64,000 nucleotides of DNA, from NCBI GenBank assembly GCA_020348925.1, contig CP070758.1:2557688-2621687 (forward strand), read 5' to 3'. The notes under the pieces were generated by a model. It made no database searches and was not told the DNA's origin. It was given only the letters and a program-made list of their open reading frames with translations. The position numbers were made by a program, and so were the translations under genes. Positions 60,741-64,000 of this stretch are shown here, piece by piece. Positions within the stretch are counted from its first letter, which is position 1, and each line of letters begins with the position of its first letter. The stretch is from Gemmatimonadota bacterium (GTDB lineage Bacteria; JBHIER01; G020348925).

Positions 60741-61592
60741 ATGCACATGAAAGTACGGTTCTGGGGGACAAGGGGATCTATACCAACACCGGGGGAGACG
60801 TTTTTGAAATACGGTGGAAATACACCGTGCCTGGAAATTACTTTCGATAAGAGTGATGATATTTTCATCTTAGACGCCGGTACCGGCATCAGGCAATTGG
60901 GCCTCGAGGTGATGAATCGATATGACAGGATGAAAATCCACCTGTTTCTGACCCACTTCCACTGGGACCATCTCCAAGGTATTCCTTTTTTTGCCCCTCT
61001 CTATTCTGAAAAGTGTGAATGCACGTTTATCGGGTGCGATACTGTGGAGGGGAATCTGAAGAAGAGGTTGCACGATTCAGTGTGTCCGCCATATTTCCCT
61101 GTAGATTTTGATGTGTTCAAAGCAAAGATGAACTTCATTGATCAATGTGAAGGTGACCTCAATATTGGTGACATTAACATTAGTGTGACCGAGGTGAATC
61201 ATCCCGGAGGAGCTATTGCTTTCAAAATCAATGAGACCGAAAAAAGTTTAATTTATATGACGGATAATGAGCTAGATTTTTCTGGGAATAATAAAGATTC
61301 TCGGGAGAAGCTTGTCGATTTCTGTGAAGAGGTTGATCTATTCATCCACGATGCTCAGTACACATCTGACGAATACAGGAGTAAGAAAGGGTGGGGACAT
61401 TCCTCGCATGTCGAAGCGGTCAATTTTGCTCTGGCTTGCGGGGCGAAGCGACTGACTCTTTTCCATCATGACCCGGAGCATAATGATAAAAAAATAGATG
61501 ATATCGTCGCAGAGTGTCACACCCTCCTTTCCCAGCACACTGCTTCCATGGAATGCTTCGGTGCCCGAGAAGGTGCAGAATTTACATTATAA
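60741..61592 (+). CDS. Metallo-beta-lactamase-fold hydrolase (possible cyclic nucleotide phosphodiesterase)
   Basis: FWGTRGSIP, YGGNT.C, LDAGTG, THFHWDHLQG, HPGG, TDNE, HDAQY, GWGHS, FHHDP. Confidence 0.85.
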   Translation: MHMKVRFWGTRGSIPTPGETFLKYGGNTPCLEITFDKSDDIFILDAGTGIRQLGLEVMNRYDRMKIHLFLTHFHWDHLQGIPFFAPLYSEKCECTFIGCDTVEGNLKKRLHDSVCPPYFPVDFDVFKAKMNFIDQCEGDLNIGDINISVTEVNHPGGAIAFKINETEKSLIYMTDNELDFSGNNKDSREKLVDFCEEVDLFIHDAQYTSDEYRSKKGWGHSSHVEAVNFALACGAKRLTLFHHDPEHNDKKIDDIVAECHTLLSQHTASMECFGAREGAEFTL

Positions 61593-61861
61593 TCTGGAAG
61601 AGCGTGGGTTTGAAATGAGAGGAGGAAAATATCCGGAGGAAAAATAACCGCACGTTCGTATCATGAAATGTTATGAGGATCAGACCTTAATTCATTTTCA
61701 AATATCAAAGGATGAAAAAAATATGCTCAATTGTAGCGTGTCTCAAAGTGGGCGACTTTCTAATGTTTTTTTAAGGAAACACAAACACTGACTTATATTG
61801 TTGATGCTGATTCCCTTAGAGTCAAATAATGTCAATCATTTTGTGATTACAGATCTTGCGA

Positions 61862-62974
61862 TTAATAATCGTAGTAATCCTGCTCGTCCTCGAAGTGGTA
61901 TCCCTCGTCCTCCGTTTCCCATCGCTCCTTGATTTTCTTGGTTCGGTGTATTTTTATGAGAAAGGCAAGGATGAAAAGAAGAGCAATTCCAATCCAGAGA
62001 TAGAAGGAGTTCGTGAAGAGAGAGATCCAACCGTATTTGCTCCCGACGTACTTGTACCACCGGCCTTCAAATTCACCGAAGCGGAGACCCAGGACTTCGG
62101 TTAAGGCTCAGACAATATCTCCGGTTTTGGCTAAGGTTCGAACGATGTCATGAAATTTCTCGAGGCCGTATTCTTTAATAAGATAGGAAACTGCCAGAAG
62201 GCTCTGTGCGTAAGCCAACTGGGCCTTTTCGCGATTGAAGGACAGGACGTAATCAATGCGTTTCAATGGTATGATGGAGCGTGTGAAAACGGCCTTGGCC
62301 ATGATGAAACTCTGATTGAAGTCCCATTCGTGAGATTCGTACATGGCCAAACCTTCGTCGAACCAGCGGGGAGCTCTTTTGCCGCGGAGTGCTTGACCGA
62401 GGACGACGTGGGTGAGCTCATGAACGGCTATCTGATTGAGCCTGCCCCCGGAAACCGTTTCGGGCTCGGCTTTGAGAACAATGAGCCATGAATCCGGAAA
62501 GGCGCACCCGATACCCCAGTCGGGCAGTGCGTTGCGAGTCAAAGTTTGAAATTCTCGGTCTGAAATAGTGATGTAAACCCGAATTTGTTGTTGTACTGTA
62601 TACCCGATATCCATGGTCACGAGGGGGTATGCTTTTTCAAGGGAGTGCAGCACCGATTCGGCAAGTGTTTCGTTTTTTGGGTGATGTTGAATGACGAAAT
62701 GATCGGATCTTTTTTCCTCCCAGGCACAGAGAATAAGATGAGTACCGCTCCCAAACAGAAAGAGGAACAGAAAGAACATGGTTCTTATGACGGAGGACTT
62801 TCGTTTGTTTGGCATTCTGAGTATCGTGTCGACCACCGAGACAGCATCGGTCCTTGCTTCGTGGTAAAAGCCGGGAGCGCCTGAAACGGATCCCTCGATT
62901 CGGCGTCGTCGAGGCTGAACGAACTGCGGTCTTGGAGTCACGTTCACACGTTCAGATTTTTCGAATTTGGACAT
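61862..62974 (-). pseudogene. Gluzincin (peptidase MA-like) protein with C-terminal TM anchor, interrupted by an in-frame TGA at 62108-62110; start uncertain (62974 or 62815)
   Basis: HELTH, PRWFDEGLAMYES, LAYAQS. After the TGA the frame continues ALTEVLGLRFGEFEGRW...LWIGIALLFILAFLIKIHRTKK...DYYDY to TAA at 61862. Confidence 0.8.
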
Positions 62975-62987
62975 TGGGTTTCAACGC

Positions 62988-64000
62988 TCACGCAGCCGTG
63001 GCTGCATTGTCGATGATGCCACCGCCGATAACGACGTCACCGTTGTACAAGACGACAGATTGACCGGGCGTTATGGCTCGTTGTGGTTCGTCAAAGTGAA
63101 GGGATATTCTATCATCAATTATCGGATTGACTAAGGTCTTGGCTGGATGATGGCGATATCGTATTTTGGCCGTACATCGCAGAGGCTCTTTCAGGTGAGG
63201 TATCGCTATCCAGTTGAGATGGGTCGCGCTGAGCGTTTGACAGTACAGATCCTCCTCAGAGCCCACATACACTGCGTTTTCTGACGGGTCAATTCTGGTC
63301 ACGTAGAGGGGTCTTCCGGCAGCGATTCCCAATCCTTTCCGCTGCCCCACGGTGTAAAAAGGGTACCCCGAGTGTTCCCCGATAATTTCTCCTGATCGAT
63401 ACTTGATGGGTCCGGTGCTCATTGCTGGGACGGTGCTCATTTCTTTTATGCTCCGTATCTTCAATCGGTTTCCTTGTGCCAGATCCTGAAAGAAGCGTCT
63501 GTAGTTGTTGTCGGGGATAAAACAGATCTCCTGGCTATCACCCTTTTCTGCCACTTTTAAATGGTGTTTCTTCGCTAAGCCTCGAACCTCTTCTTTGGTC
63601 ATGGATCCCAGGGGAAAAAGTGTATGTTGTAATTGATGTTGCGTTAATATCCAGAGAAAATACGATTGGTCCTTGCGTTCGTCTGTTCCGCGTTTCAGGA
63701 GGTATCGTTCATTCTTGGCGTCGGTTTCAATTTGGGCGTAATGTCCTGTCGCAAGAAAAGAAGCTCCCAGTTGTTTTGCTTTTGTCCAGAGTGCCTCCCA
63801 CTTCATTTTTTGATTGCAGATGACGCATGGGTTGGGAGTTCGGCCTGATAGGTATTCGGATACGAAATCTGTGATCACCTCTTTCTCGAATTCCGCTCTC
63901 AGATCCAGGACATAGTGTGGGATGTTCCACGACTGGCATAGGGTTCGTGCATCACTCATCGCCTCAACAGAGCAGCACGCCGTATCGGAGCCTATGTTCC
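62988..64000 (-). CDS. mnmA: tRNA 2-thiouridine(34) synthase MnmA, 5' end beyond the window
   Basis: CCS, GRTPNPCVICN, ATGHYA, KDQSYFL, DSQEICF, YTVGQRKGLG, KIRYRH, AITPGQSVV.Y. Confidence 0.96.
   Translation of the reverse strand, partial: NIGSDTACCSVEAMSDARTLCQSWNIPHYVLDLRAEFEKEVITDFVSEYLSGRTPNPCVICNQKMKWEALWTKAKQLGASFLATGHYAQIETDAKNERYLLKRGTDERKDQSYFLWILTQHQLQHTLFPLGSMTKEEVRGLAKKHHLKVAEKGDSQEICFIPDNNYRRFFQDLAQGNRLKIRSIKEMSTVPAMSTGPIKYRSGEIIGEHSGYPFYTVGQRKGLGIAAGRPLYVTRIDPSENAVYVGSEEDLYCQTLSATHLNWIAIPHLKEPLRCTAKIRYRHHPAKTLVNPIIDDRISLHFDEPQRAITPGQSVVLYNGDVVIGGGIIDNAATAA

Noticed and set aside
61856-62104. 82-aa plus-strand ORF
   Set aside because: Antisense shadow of the post-TGA continuation of the minus-strand peptidase gene.
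7634-62110. Alternative genetic code explaining the in-frame stops
   Set aside because: TAA, TAG and TGA all end clearly complete genes in this window, and the two internal stops are different codons.

Overview
Bacterial genomic window in the standard genetic code, probably from an uncultured proteolytic lineage (inference only). It holds four blocks. (1) 1-2781: a 5'-truncated LRR/FN3/thrombospondin-type-3/dockerin protein, followed by an AT-rich spacer with degenerate direct repeats. (2) 4603-16103: a putative biogenic-amine signalling island. It has a histidine/serine-decarboxylase-like enzyme, a dCache-fused pentameric ligand-gated ion channel (pLGIC) split by one in-frame TAA, a tyrosine-decarboxylase-like enzyme, an M3-M4 remnant of a second pLGIC, and a 1391-aa Cache multi-pass receptor with an unusual cytosolic end. 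(3) 16535-55364: a ~39 kb array of secreted dockerin-tagged enzymes. These are 8 intact M28 peptidases, 1 deleted M28, one M1, one M14 and one C25 (gingipain-like) peptidase, and a convergent peptidyl-arginine/agmatine deiminase. The peptidases share one C-terminal Ig-like + Rossmann-like + dockerin chassis, which suggests a cellulosome-like complex for protein degradation. I saw no cohesin in the window. (4) 55685-64000: an SH3 / M48 lipoprotein / MscS-cNMP channel (frameshifted) / CHASE2 adenylate cyclase / MBL hydrolase operon, then a gluzincin gene with an in-frame TGA, and partial mnmA. All calls come from reading motifs by eye; no database searches were run.
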